NCBI RefSeq assembly: GCF_964204645.1
Contig: NC_134028.1
Span: 23,680,345 to 23,744,344, forward strand
DNA: 64,000 bases
Origin: Tubulanus polymorphus
Lineage: Eukaryota; Animalia; Nemertea
Direction of reading: 5' to 3'
A program made the translations under genes and the position numbers. The notes under the pieces were generated by a model that did no database searches, was not told the origin of the DNA, and worked only from the letters and a program-made list of their open reading frames with translations. The stretch's first letter is position 1, and the number at the start of each line of letters is the position of its first letter. Positions 12,201 through 27,200 of the stretch are shown in pieces.

Positions 12201-15200
12201 TGCCGGTAGTTATGGGTGGCTATCTCAATCTTACTCAGTTGTTGATATAGATACTGTTATGTACTCGTTTGTATACTATACCCTGGAGCTTGTATCTCTA
12301 GTTAGAACGGAGTCACGTCAAAACAATTGTTTTTTCTTCGCCTTATCAACTATTTGTTTATCATCGAACAATAAAAAGTATCATCGCGCCGCCGAACCGC
12401 GAACTAGCTCTAGCTCGTTGTTCTGCAGATACATCTGCAGCTTTTAAAGTATTTAGTTTCCATCTTCAGGTGTTGAATGACTAATATCTAAAAGAGCAAC
12501 AACTCGTTTGTACCCTGATGTTCATATTTATTCAATGAAATAAAGTTTCATAGCAGATCAAAATGTAGCTTCCCACAACGAAAAATTATCATGAATCTTT
12601 GCAGTGGCCAGATATTGATGTCCAAGTTTTGGCCTTATTGACTGGTTACATGTCAGTTGGTCATGTTATTGTTTACTCAGATGCATGCATAGCCTTATAG
12701 CCTGCTTCCATATATACCACTTTACACGTAATCACCTTGGGAACATGTAGTTTGATTACCATTTTACTTCTCACGTCGTTAATTGTTAATGAATCGGATT
12801 ACTCTGCGATTCGATGATGTCTTAGAGGGATTAGGGGGCTATGTTTCGAACGGTTCTAATTCGAAGGCACCTCATCGTCGACGAACCGAGAAACTTTTGC
12901 GAACGTTTTGATGAAAACGATACCATTTCGATCATTCGATGAATTTTAATCATTTGAAACGTTAGATCAATCATTCACCGAGTCTGTATCTCATCTCGGG
13001 TTATCACACAGTCGCATCGATGATGATGATTATCTCGTGCTTGGATTTTCAATGCCGACCAAAACGTGTTATTAATAAAACCATGAATTCTCGGAGAATA
13101 AGAGCCGTATATCGCGAACACGCAGCTGAAGAAAATGCCGGGTCTTCTGTTTCATTATGAATTTATTACTGTATCTCAATATTTGCAGTGATCAGTTTAC
13201 TGTTGATATCCTGCTCGCGGTGAAACGGCGAATCGCGATGTCTTTTTCGGTTCTGATTTGCCGTTGCTGTATCGGGCGTCTTTTTAAATGCTCTACCTGC
13301 TGATTGCGGTGTTGTTTGTACCTAGTTAATAGTGATAACTCAGCCTCGGGATAAAACAGCGCGTTCTCCTATTATCCGCCGTAATCTGTAATTTGTATCA
13401 ACAATCTGTAAATAGTGGATAGACATTATCTTAGTATTATAAGTTTTTTAAGGGTTCTAAGTATCGACATAGATTTTGCTATCTCGATGTTGATTTTGTC
13501 AGAAAACGAGGTGCTTTCAATTTCGCCGGCGTTGTTTGTATTGGCAGCTTCGTGACACGTTGTATGAAGCCTTTGAATAATTGATAGCCGTATGCTGGCG
13601 ATAGCCTCCTGGAAGCGTGGTTGAAAAAAATTGAAATTTTCATGGGAAATCATGATATCTTTGTTTTTTCTATTGTCCGATACGCTACCACATGTCGCGT
13701 GTATGATGCAGGGACGGATCTGGGAAAATTGGAAGGCGGTGGTCCAGAAGAAAAGATAACGCACTTTTTCGAATAAAGCATATCAGGCCACGGGGTCCCT
13801 CCCTCGGTATTAGATATTTATGTTTTGATCTTTGTCTTGACAAAGAGGGCAACCGCAATGGGAATTAGGCAGAGGTCCGGATTCCCGAGACCAACCCCTA
13901 AATCCGCCTCTGAAAAGGATTCTATGTTCTACGTGTTTGAGATATTTTTTTAAGTATAGATGTTTTTTTCTATTGCGCAATGCGTGTTACAACGTGTTAC
14001 ACCACATGTAACACGTATGATGGACTCGACACTTACTTACTGTGCTCATATTCAACAAAAAATTTTTCATGATAATATTTTCAATATTTGACCAGAAAGG
14101 TAACATACTACATGAAAACTGCCACGGAGGCCTATATTAAGTATAGATCATTTGAAATCAATTTGCTCATAATTTTCGTGTAATAGATAAAACAAAGCCG
14201 ATGTATAGCCTCGACTATAGTCAGTGGGTAGTTTCATCGATCTAGAATGGCGTCATGCATGCATCGCAGGTTCTCGCATTTCAATCCTATTACGACAGTA
14301 CGTACTATATGTCTATATATGCGTAGTGCGTTATTGAAGAAACAGCAATGTCTGGTGCTGTAAATGTCTTGATAATGAATTTTCAGAGGTTTTAAGAATT
14401 AACAGTTCTATGCGATAGAAATGTCGTAGATGGTGCATTAACCTTTTCCCAGATTCGATTTCAATATGATTTCACTATTAAACGTGACAGATGTTTGGTG
14501 TATATATATATATATATATGAAGCATACACACAGATACATACAGTAAAAACACTTGAGTTTTTACTATGACAGATAATAGATTTTTTATGCGCTTATGTT
14601 CAACTTTAAGGTTCACTCATTTGACGTGTTATTTTACACATTTACAAACAACGTTAATATCTTATTTAAACAAGCACTGCTTTTTGTGCCGTCAGTATTT
14701 GGTGTTTACTAAACACAATTAGATACAATAGAATGTTGTTATGTGTACGGTAGTGTTCTGTAGTCATTGTAGATGGCAGCACCTGATGGGTACATTTTCA
14801 CGATTCCAGAAATTCGAAAAAAAATCAATATCTATTCCAAAATTTTACAAAGCAAGAAATCTTTGAAGTAATCCAATCCATTATGGAAATGCCTCTAAAA
14901 GCCTTCATTCATTCTGTAGAAAACTTTTCGATTTGATTCTATTTTTCTGAATTCGTTTTTGATCTCGTGGTGTAGTTTGATGGTATCTGGCATTTTCAAT
15001 TTTCGCATCGTTTTTACTGAATGGGGAGCTCGAATGTTGCGGCGCTATTTTTGATCTATTAACGTAATGGTTCGGCGAGCTGCGATGAAATTGAATTCTA
15101 CCCACACGAGGCGTCTTAAACACCTCCAGTTCCTACGCCGGGAAATTTGATAATAGCTACCGTACATTACAGCAATGAAATAAGGCAATTTATATCAGAC

Positions 15201-18200
15201 CAGTTTCACTGTTGGAGATAGTCACTGATGAGTTAAAATACTTTCAGAATGTACATCGTTTTTTTGTTTATATTGATAGTCCGTTTAATTGACAACAATT
15301 TGATGTAAGATACCAAAAAAGTAGGCCGCCATCTCTCGGTAATAACCCTAGGAATCAATGTGGGCATGTTGAACAAATCTATTCACTAAGTATCAATCAA
15401 AACAGAACATCAGAAACAGAAAGGTTATTGTTTTATTATTAATAGCGATAATAATGATAATGATAATAATGTTATTATATATCAATATTGATTATTGATA
15501 TTAATATTAATATTATTGATATTTATTATTATCATTATCATAAAGAATAAGGAAGAAGCAGAGAACACAAGAGGAAAATCAAAATTGAATACACATACTA
15601 TCAGGGTAGGGTATATCATTATTTCATACCTAGGCTACAAACCGTTTTGGGAATTGATTGTTTTTTTTAAATTTTTCTAAATTCTACCGGTAGAACTATT
15701 CATATTAGTTTAGAATCAATATTTCGTAGGTGAATTGATTGTTTTTTTGTTTGGTTTTTCTAAATTCTACCGGTAAAACTATTCATATTAGTTTAGAATC
15801 AACATTTCGTAGCTGAATTGATTGTTTTTTTGTTTGGTTTTTCTAAATTCTACCAGTAGAACTATTCATATTAGTTTAGAATCAATATTTCGGTTTTTGT
15901 TTCATGAATAATTTAATTCAAAGCGTTGCTGTTGTCATAATTTCAACAGCTCGTCGATATTGATTAAATAGTGACGGTATTCGTTGCGAGTTTCGTTAGT
16001 TAGAATTCATAATTACGATTCATTGAGTTTAATTGCTTATCGTACTCAGATGTAGCTGGATCGGAGGACTGTGGTGCGTATTGTATTTACATTATCTGGG
16101 GTAATTACCTCTCTATCGACTTCGCGAACGGGGAAAAAAATGTATGAAACTTGGAGTTGAAATGAAATGCTGCGGAGCTCATTAACTTTCGAATTTGTGA
16201 TGTTGCGTTATAAATTATGTACGGATGTTTCTGAGACGGCAGCAGGGGACGGGGGGGGGGTGCGGGCGAGAGTGCCGCTGATAATGGGTGAATATCGACG
16301 CTCCCGGGCGCGACTCAATCGGGAATTACTGATCAGCGCAAACTGTCGCAATGGAACCGTTCGCTGAAAGTTGATCTGTTGAATTATATCGTAGCAAAAC
16401 CCACGGGTTTTTCACTTATTTCAGAACGGCTTGTAAGCACTTTAAGGCTTTATGCCTGTATTATCCATGAGAGGTTTTTTAGGGGCGTCCACCCCTTTAA
16501 TTTTAGTATTCATCACCCAGGACCCAGTTTGACAGTTGTGAATTAAAGTTAACTCTGAATTTAAGTTAGTTCATTTTCAATGAATTAACTCGGGGTCAAA
16601 TCTTAACTCCGAACTGTGGAACTGGACCCTGAAAATCAGCCACCCCTAATGAAATATCCGCTGCCCCTCCTCATGTTAAGCCGATATCAATTCCATCAAT
16701 GCTTATACACCGAGATTATTGCTTTTAGTGAATTCATATGAAAAATGGGAATTGCCTCAAAGTTAATCTTAATTTTCAATATTTCTGCGACACCAAAAGC
16801 TTTGTTAATTCGACAGCCAAAATGTTAATACTTTAATCAGGTTGATCGAGGTATAAAACATGGACTCATCATTTTTGAGTCCATTGTTGAATTGATCGAG
16901 TGAATATAATGTTGTGCAATTTGTTTAACAAACAAACAAAAATATGAGTGCTTCGTTTGGCCCCGAACAACTGTTCACACAGTCTGGGGAATGACCCACA
17001 GTCTCTGCAAATGGGCCTGTTCACTCCTACCAAAAACGTAGGACCATTGCATGTGACTCACTTCACTTTGTTTGAGCATTGTTTAGTATCGAGTGAGTGG
17101 TTTACATGTGAGCGTGATCCCTAATACCACACGGGCCAAATTTGACTTGGGGGGGCCTGATGCGTGCTAATTAGGGCTGGGCCAAATCATCTCCGTGCGA
17201 TAACATCCCTGGAAACTTTCAGAAAAACCTAGACATCGTTTATTTTTGGTGGCATAAATCAAACGGCGTATTTTTTTCCGGTATCTCTCTCTCCGGGAAG
17301 CTAGCGCACGGTTGGAGCGCGTCGAATCCAATTGAAAGATTTATGTCGTTTCCAGTGTCTCCAACACCGTGAACAAATAGTCACGAGTTCACGTCGTCCG
17401 AGCGGCATACGAAATCACCGCATCGCGAAGGAGACTAATCTTTGCGCTTGTGCGTTTTTTTTTCTGCGTATTCGCGCCGAGCCGGAATTATGCGGATAGA
17501 TACGTGGATAGGTAATACAGTCGTATTAAGTTAATACCGGTAGATGTTGGTAGATGACTGATGGGTTTATTTATACATGACATTCAAGCATTAAGACTCT
17601 TTACCGCCCGGTAAAAAATCCAATCAGCGCGTCATCGTCTTCGGGGTTGATCAGCAGTTTTATTCTCACTCTTGTCGTTGATTAAGTCGTCTACGTTGTT
17701 ATTATTAAGGTTTCAGTATTCGGTCCTTTTTTTAACAACTCGTTCGCCATTTTGTACTGATACTCGGAGTTCCCGTTTAGATTGAAGTTTGAACCGTTTC
17801 AAATTCGAAACAGTTCCGCATCGGACCCTATCTCTCGCTTGCCGGGCTGTTGCTCTACCACTTGAGCTATCGAGGTGACTTGCAGGTTTTCGCCCGAACT
17901 CTATTCGTTCTAAGCCTCCTGGCGCAGGCTAGTGTTAGGATCGCATGAAATTGGACTCTAGTTCATGAAATCATGTTCATTTTCGAAATTTTAACACCGG
18001 AGTTAAATTTTTCAACTGAGAATCCTCGAATGAATACTGAATGAATCGACCGATTAACCTTTAGGCTCGATTCAAATACTGGATCTAGCTCGATGAGTCT
18101 GAATTAAGATTTGGCTTAAATTATTTCAAATTATTATTATTATTATTATTATTATTGTTATTACTATTATTATTATTCTTATTTGAAATGAGCTACTTAA

Positions 18201-21200
18201 CTCATAGAATCTGACTAGACTGTTGAGCTCGGTCCAGGTACATGTTTGTAGTATGTTTAGGATATAGTATTGTAAATATGGCTGCAAAAAAATTCATTAT
18301 TCTAAGAGTTTATTGCTTTGAAATCACTGTTTGAGGGAATTGAGTGAATTTTTTGATTTAAGGTTGCTATTGAAATTTTGCCACATTGGATTGGAATCAA
18401 ATTGAGGAAAATTTCATTATAAATACTTTTCTTATGTTATGTAATCTTAAGTTTGAATAATTAATATCGTGTATCGATGTTGTAATCACCCATTACGTAT
18501 CTGATGAATGATGTTCATATGTTTTGTTACAATTTTTCCCGGAAAAATAAAGCTATCTATAATGATTGTTCTCTATACTTGCAGGATATCCGCCGACCAA
18601 ATTTGACATTCAGCCGATAGGCAGCGACGCCGAACCACCGGGCAACACGAAAATCATGTTCTGTCAAGCGTCGGCGTTTCCGTCGCCCACTTACAGGTGG
18701 ATTAAAAACGGCCAGTTTATTACGGAGCCGGAATCGAGTGGTTCGCTGCGTCTGTTCACTATAAGCAGGTCGGATGAAGGCGAATACCAGTGTTTAGCTA
18801 ATAATACTTATGGTGCAATATTAAGCTTAAAAGCAACTCTGAAAGTAGCGTGTAAGTTTTCATCGGCTATAAATACGTGACTTCGAGGGAAAATACTGAA
18901 ATCATCGATTTTACTGTTCGTTCGTCTGAATCGTCATGGACGGCCTAACCCTGTTACCCATCCTCCCTCGGAAGGGATTTGAACCTGAGGGCATCCCGAG
19001 ACTCGGCCACATGGCAGGAGACCCTGCATGATAAGAACTGTTCCTAGGCATCTTCCCTCGGCAAGGATTCGAACCTGATGACATCACGAGACTCAGCCAC
19101 AGCACGAAACCCCTGATTAGGACTGCTCTTAGACATCCTCCTTCAGATTCAATTTTTTACAGATCAGTTAACTAAGAAACAAAAGGCTTTAAGGCTTTCA
19201 CTCTTCCAGTGCATCTACTCTGTAGTGTGGTGTATAAATCGGTGATAGACTTTGCTAGTACACTGCCTCATGGTGTATTGATATTATAAGTCCTGTAATT
19301 AGTTTTTATCGATATTGAAAGATGGCAGCACCTGTCAAACATAGTGAAATATTAGTAACAATACACCGCACCGCAGTGTAGATGCATTTAAGTAACACGC
19401 TAAGGTGGAATTTTCAATAATTTTCAAATTATCTCCAGCACTTTCAGGAACTAATTAGTCAGCACTGGAAGGGTTAATCTAATCACACTCAGCTCATCAA
19501 GCTGCTTCTATGTTATCTTTGAATTTTCAGACTTGGATCCGTTCACTAGTACGAGTCAAAAAACGGTGACAGTAAACGAGGGTACCGCGATCAGGTTACG
19601 CTTACCGACGTTAAGTGCCAACCCGAAACCGTTAGTCAGTTGGTTCAACGTGCCATCGAACACCCTAGTGTCAACAGGTGCGCGAATTTACCAGACTCTA
19701 AACGACGGTCTCGTGATACTGGATGCTAAACTAAGTGATAACAGTCGTGTATTCCGCGCCACAGCGTCAAGTATTTACCTGAGAGTTTCCGGAACGTGGC
19801 AAATAGACACCGGCAATTATACTATTAATGTGCAAAGTAAGTTTTCAGTTTAAAAAAAAATTAATTTACGTCATTCCCAAAACTAACTCCATTAGATTGA
19901 TGGGACGGCCTTTAAGGTATATGCCCGCTCACTGTAATTAGCCAGCAGGACTCGAACCCACTCGGCACTGATTATGAATGCTTTATCCCACTGAGCTACT
20001 GTGACCACTCACAGTTATGACCAGTCTTAGACCGTCCTAGCCAATATACGAATTGTCTTTTTAAATTAATTTTGATATCGTTGTGATTTTGTTGTCCAAT
20101 CTACCAACCTAAGACCAAGTCTTTTGATCTAAGACAACTTTTGGACTTGAGCCACGATTGTTCTTATGCGCCCAGGTGCTGTGTGATATGGTTATACTCT
20201 CTGGATAACTTAGTTTTGTATTTTAGGCTTCATATTTTTTAAACCGCATTTTCACTTGCTTATATCTTGTAACTAATGTTTACCTGTAGATGGCGCAGTT
20301 GGAGATGTTCTACCTACTATTATAATACCTCCCAGTGATACTATAGCTGTGCAGGGTGATACTGCTGTATACTTTGAATGTGTGATAAATGCCAGGTAAG
20401 TTTTCATATAGACAGCCCTAAACTTCTAATAAACCACACTATTTTGTTTCTGCAACTGCAATTCCGGGGGAAGCTAATGCAACTTGTAATTCGGGTTAGG
20501 GGTATTTCATGCCTTTTTGAAAAAAAATCACTTAGAAGATGCATTTTTACAGCCATTTTCGGAGGAAAATTTTTTCTCATTTATTCAAACAAGCCTTAAT
20601 TGCAGAGTAGCCACTTCACCTGGAAGTCAGATTAAATGCTGGTAATTTTGTTCAATAAAAGCTGAAAATTAGGGAAAAGTCAGGAAAATTTGTTGAGATT
20701 GCTAGATGGCACGTAAAATCAAACTGCTTCTATCTATGTCTTGTATTTAACTGTTTCAATTGATTGGATTCTTAGCAGATCAAGTCAGGGAAAACAATGT
20801 ACATGTCAGGGAATAGTCAGGGAAAATGCAAGTCAAATAAAAGTGGCACCCTGAGTTGTAATTTGTAGGGTATTTCGCGAGCTCTCTTCCGCACCGGTGC
20901 AATCTGAATCCACTTCATCTTGTTTCTCGCGTTTTGATAAATGCGACGACGTTGTTAGGTTTTCAACTTATCGAATCGCTCAGCGAGGGACTGCCGTCAA
21001 ATTATCTTTCATCATTAAATTGTTATCTGGCAAAGATAACAGTGGCTCTAACGGTAATGAATTGTCTCTATAGAATAGCGTTGTTCTATTGAATTGTCGA
21101 GCTCGCGGCTCTAGGGAACTGCGACGAGTTAGGGCAGGAAAATTAATTAAGATCCCTATGGTAATTACTTATCCGAGTAGTTCATCAAACACGATGAACT

Positions 21201-24200
21201 TAAGAGACGACGAAGGAATTTGTGCGTATTGATCGATCGCGTTTGAACTGAAGAGACGTCACCAAAATCAACACTCACACAAAATCACTTCATTCGCATT
21301 GAAACCGTGTTCACATTTCGAATATTCTAAATCTTGTCCAGTACAGTTTAGAATCGACCAAGCGTTAAAACAAGTGAAAAAGCAGTTCAAATTGGTCAAG
21401 TCTGTGTGAACTGGCTATAATCGGGTCCGTTCTAAATTCAAGTTGTAAAAAGCCTGAACATGCTGTGAGATGAGTTGGAAAATCTGGTCTCCCTAATCAA
21501 AAAAGCAGGAAATTGTTGTCAGTTTTATCAGGGGGTATATTTTCACTTTAACAGCGACGTAATGAAAATATTCCACACAGACACGGGGGGGGGGGGCTGA
21601 AATATCGGCTTTAAGCGAAATGCGTCAGGCTAATAGACTGTTTAGATTGACAATTTAATGATGCGACTGTCGCTGCTGCTGTCCTCGTTGAAGTGTCAGT
21701 TGAGTATGAGGATCTAATGGCAACAAATTATCAGCTTATTGCTTTGATGACACATAATGTCAAACGACGAGCGCGAAGTGATAGGACACGACACCGCGAC
21801 GCAGGTAGCAATTTCGGGTTTTCACGCGAGTCATAAAGAAAGCTTTTACTTTAATTCGCCGAGCTTGAAAAGATTTGATTAATCGGAACGAATCTGTTTT
21901 TGTAGTTGGGTTTTATACATAAGTTCTAACAGATTACGACTCGATCGACCCACCTCCCCCCTCCCCCGATGAGGTGAATCTATGTGTTGAGTCGAGGTGG
22001 AAATCGACTGCGTTAAATGTCGATATGATAATAGAATGATCAGGGCTGGTTTTGTAATTACCGATGTGCATTCACCTGAAATAGAACTCACCCGACGGTC
22101 GACTGATAAGAGAATTCAAATTACGTCCCCGCGACGACGCGACGCAAACATAAATAGATTCATTGTTGATGATGCATCCCCCTCGCTGGCCCTAACTCCC
22201 CCTCACCTCCCGTGCCTCCCTCTCACTGCATTTTACTCCCCCTCGTGACCCCTTGCCTCCCCTTGCTAGCCCTACCTCCCCCTTGCCTCCCGTGCCTCCC
22301 TCTGACCGCGTCTTATTCCCCCCTCGACTCCCCTGCCTCCCATCACTAATCCTGCCTCCCCCTCATCACCTCTCACTCCCCCTCACCTCCCCTGCCTCTC
22401 TTTTACCGTGTCTTACTCCCTTCGTCACCCCTGCTTCTCCCTCTGGCTCATCCTCCCCTTAACACCTCTATCTCCCTACACTGCCTCTACATCCCCCACG
22501 TCGCCTCTAGCCCGCCTTCACCGACCTTCCCCCTTGCTGCCTCTCCCTCCCCCTATCTCCCTTCACTAGCCCTGCCTATTTTCCCCGTCTCTTCAGAGCG
22601 CCGATGTGTTAAAACTTTTCAATGACGACAAGAATCGAGAAAGAAAAATCAACAAGAAACATCAACGACAACTGAAGGATAGTTTATTCGATTTGTTCTA
22701 CCAATCATCGACTCGCTCTTCGCGTTCGCTCGATTGCTATTTTCGGTGGTAATTTCTACGGCAAACGGATTCCGTTTTTCCAATCATTGTTCCGAGGGAA
22801 AATTGTTTCACGGCATACGTGTGTTTCAGGGGAAATTAGTTTCCGACTCGAGACTCGACGGTGAAATCTAAATAATTAACGATTCTACGTAATTAAATCG
22901 CCGGTGAAATTGTCTGTCGGTCGTAATTTATTTTTTTTAAACGATGCTTTCGTCATTTTGAATATATGCGCGCAGTGTACAATTAGTGCCACACTGTTTG
23001 AAAGTGAGGGAAAACAATTTTACTTCCCGTTCATTTGTTCTGAGTGTAATTCTTATTCTAAACGTAGTGGAAAAAAGTTTCAAACTTTTGACCATCACTA
23101 AGATTCCTGGTTATACAGGGCGGCCACTGACCTGGAACCAGTAAAAATCATGGAAAACTCAGGGAATTTAACAACTTTTTCCAAAAATGTGGAAAACGAT
23201 TTTGGATTATTTTATTGACCACGTATTTCTTTATCATTACGTGATTCAATGAAAAATGAATGAATTTTAAGGTATTTGAAACACAGAGCTGAAACTCTTA
23301 TTTCAGTAAAAAACCATCGAATGATATCTAGCTAGTTACTTGTTTTATTATCACTGCCTCTCCTCTCCTTACCTCTCTCCTCTCTATCGGGTTATTAGAC
23401 CCTGGTTTCTTGGGACCGGAGATAGCTAATGTGTCTTGTGTTTAAGGGTAATCCAGTCTCAGCTGATAAGTGTTATTGATTATTAGAGTAAAGCGATCAT
23501 ACTGTCTATATGTAGAGAGTACATTATTGTCTTTAATCCCGTATTAGAGTTTCCTCATTACAACAACAGTTCTTACAAAATGCATTAACTGTAATTAGTA
23601 CGCAGTGTAATGGTAGCTATGGGTACGATCAGATATCCAGCCGGATGGTGTCAATTTCAATCTCGATTTAATCAACACGCGATTCTTTTGGTGAAATAGA
23701 TTCCCGAGAACAAAAAGTGACGTGCGGTATAATTCACTTCAAACTAGCGCCACCTGGTGGTCCTTCAACTGCCACAGTAACACATAGCGATTATTATGTG
23801 TGTAACAGGTTTATGATGGATCAGAAATCCAAAGTTCCCTTCTCTCCCTTGCTGAATCAGATACCAGTATTCTCAGTAGAGGTTGTTTCTCATAAAGAGG
23901 TTCCTTGTTCCCTGAAAGGAGTCAGAATTACCCTGATTTTCCCGTGTAAGGCTGCCCAGGGGCGGATCACAAAAGGCTACTTTGATGTCAAAAAAGCTAA
24001 TATTAATCGCACTACTGAAATGCACCAATCTTTGTTGACAAAATGAAAAAGTCTCCGAAAAGTTTGATGGATTTGTACAAGTCTCACAAGCCCCCCTGGA
24101 TCTGCCCCTACTGCACACTAACGCCACCTAGCTGCAGCAGCATTGCGAATATAATGTGTATAAGCCTGACTTCACACTCAGGCCTCCTAGTGGATCCTAG

Positions 24201-27200
24201 ATTACCAGAGTAACATCTCAGTTCATCAGAGACATCACTGCTGTGACACTACACCCCCCCTACCCTGCTGGCGTGAATCAATTACATTGATTCTTGCTGT
24301 TTAAACTAAGTGATAAGTATCCGAGTCACGGCAGTTGTTCGATCGATTGCTCTCGGACTATCGAGTGAAACAGATGGAACTGGCATCGTTAGTTCGTCTG
24401 CGTAATTACTCCCTACAGAAAATATATCATAACAAACTCTCGGTGAATATTCGATATTTATGCCGTTGACCAGTCCTGACTAGTCGTTACCGGTGTTTTC
24501 ATCGATATATCGATATCATTTTCTCGTCACGGCCATTTTTTCAATTATCGGATATATCGGAGCTGTTGTCGATATTGCGTTTGCCTCTGATAGTACGAGA
24601 ACAGTTTTGTGGTGAAGAAACTCTTTCCGACTTCGTAAATCACTTATCAGTTGTTTTGTATAACTCCTAAGTCCAAGCGTGGTCTTGAATCTTTAAACCG
24701 GTTTTAAGTTCTTTGATTAGCGATAGAACTGCAGTGTGGCCACTTGCCTGGAAATCAGGCAATTTTTTTTCTATAGAAAAAGCCAAGGAATATTTGAGGA
24801 ATTATGTAAAAAAAGCTTAAGATAGGGGAAAAGTGAGGAAAATTTGTTCAGATTGCTAGATTGCGTGTGAAATATCAAACAGTTTACGTCTTTGTCTTTG
24901 GTATTTGACTGTGTTGTTAATTGATTGAATTCCTACCTGATAAAGTCGGCACAAACAATGTACATGTCAGGAAATAAAGAAAATAAGGGTAAAAGTAAGT
25001 CAAAAATAGCCATCGTGAACTAAGGCGATCTAAGACTGGTCTTGAATATATAAGCCATGAGTAGTTATGAAAGGCTGTGTTGTTGGTTGATGGATAGTTT
25101 CTTTCAATCAGCGCTGTATTCACTGATATATTATCCGTCATATACCTGTAGAATCCGAAGTATATATTCATTTGCAATCAAGTTTCCCCTTAAGTCTCGT
25201 GACTCGCGTATTAATATCATAGCTCACTGATTTGATGGGAGTAAACATGGCTGAGTTGCGCGCTCTATGAAACGACTTGCTATGGATAGAAATGAATGTA
25301 CTGATGATAGATTGATGCCCTTTAGAGAGAGATACATGACTACTGTCTGTATGTCACACATGCTTTCATCCGTAATTCCATTAATAATCACTTGATCTGC
25401 CTTAAGTATGAATCGATTTGTTGAACTATGAATTTAGATGAACCTATTTTAGTAAGTTTTCATGATATGATATGATATGATTTATTTTCAAGTAAAATTT
25501 TCACAAAATTAATGAATAAGGAAATGCATTAAAGATGTAATAATATTAAATGAGGGACTGCTTTGAAGCAACATTTAGCTTATACAAGAAAGCAGCCTCA
25601 TCTATTACAATTACATACAATTGTTTTTTGTTTTCATCTAACAGCAGTTTGTATACACTGATGTATTGTAAATGTTCATGTCCGCGAGCGTCCGTGAAAA
25701 ACTGTTTATCTCTGATTCCAAACGTCTTTCTGGACAAACTGATGCATAATAAAGGTAGATCTACTGATTATTAACTATATCACAGATCAAAGCGTCGCGA
25801 ACATCGCGATGTTCTTGAAAAAAGTTTGTAACGTCGGCAGTGGCTGCTTGTATGATATACGACGCTCTGAAATTCTGTTCAGTTATTAACGACAAATGGC
25901 TTTAACATCCTGTAATCCTATACAAATATAACCTGGAGCCTCGCTGGAAACTGAAGCCTCGCTTAATCCGGATGAGTTTAACCTTGATTCTGTTTTTAAT
26001 CCGGTCGGTTTTATGTGGCGGGATAGATTCTTATAGAAACCAGCGAAATATCTCACCAGATTCAGGTGCCTTTTATATGACCTTTTTTACCTGGAAATCA
26101 GGGAATTGCCTTTTCTTTGAAAAAGTCTGGAATTTTCTTTCAAAAAAGCTAGAAATTGGGGAAATTTGTTGAGATTGCTAGATCACGCGTAAAATCAAAG
26201 AGTTTCCAGTGTAACTCAGTTGAATTTTTAGGAGATAATGTCAGGGAGAACAACTTGTGTATCAGGAAAAAGTTGGGGAAAATACAAGTAAAATAAAAGT
26301 GGCCACCCTGTATGACCTTGACCTCTGAATCGTTAAATTCGTCGCGATGTAATTGATTTGATGTTTGAATCGAGTTTTATCAGTTTTACAGTTCAGTAAA
26401 TATATCGTGTATGCTTCGATGAACGAGGCGCGACGCGTCGATTGATTTTCTATAGAACTTTCATCAGTCAAATCGAATCAAAAGTTGACTCTGAAGAGGA
26501 GGAGACGTCACGCTACTGAATGTCAAATCGATCTCCAGTACATCTTTAGGTCACCGGTTATAAAAGGGTCCTCTGAGAAATAGTGTGAAATCATTTGCCA
26601 CTTTAGGAATTATTTTGGGTCAATGACCGATAGAAATAGCTGTTAGATTTCATGTCTTCGTCATGTACTTGCTTCTTCCATTCTCTCTATTCTTTATTGC
26701 TTGATTATCAATTAATCATAACAGAACTTCCAATCCATTGATTGGTAATCATATATATGTATTTCACTAGACATATTTGTGTGAAATTCTGCCTGGCTGG
26801 TTAAGTCTGATTACTAGACCTCACAGACTGGTGACATCATCACAACACTAACTGGGCAATCCTTATCCTGCTGACTGGTGACATCATATTCCTAGCTGAC
26901 CAATCACTAGCTAGGACTGGATGACTGATGACATCATAACCCTAGCTGACCAATTACTGGCTAGGCCTGAATGGATGACTGATGACATCATAACCCTAGC
27001 TGACCAATCACTGGCTAGGATTGACTAACTGTTGCTCAATTGCAGTCTTAGGTCAAAATATCAATGCTCTACCCTGATTTCTACTAGTCTGACTGCGGAA
27101 TAGTCTGTATCTAGTCAGGTCCCACTGGTATGAAATATTCGGTCATGCAAGTCAACAGTTATCACTGTTTACATCAGTGAAACAGATCAAATATCTCGTG

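Noticed and set aside
19531-19836. Ig2 lacks the canonical cysteines
   Set aside because: As I recall, Ig2 of fly and vertebrate Sidekick also lacks the disulfide; expected, not novel
19941-20006. Functional tRNA gene
   Set aside because: A and B boxes present but acceptor and anticodon stems do not pair; treated as SINE head/pseudogene
22253-22462. Proline-rich ORF
   Set aside because: Translation of the C-rich low-complexity tract
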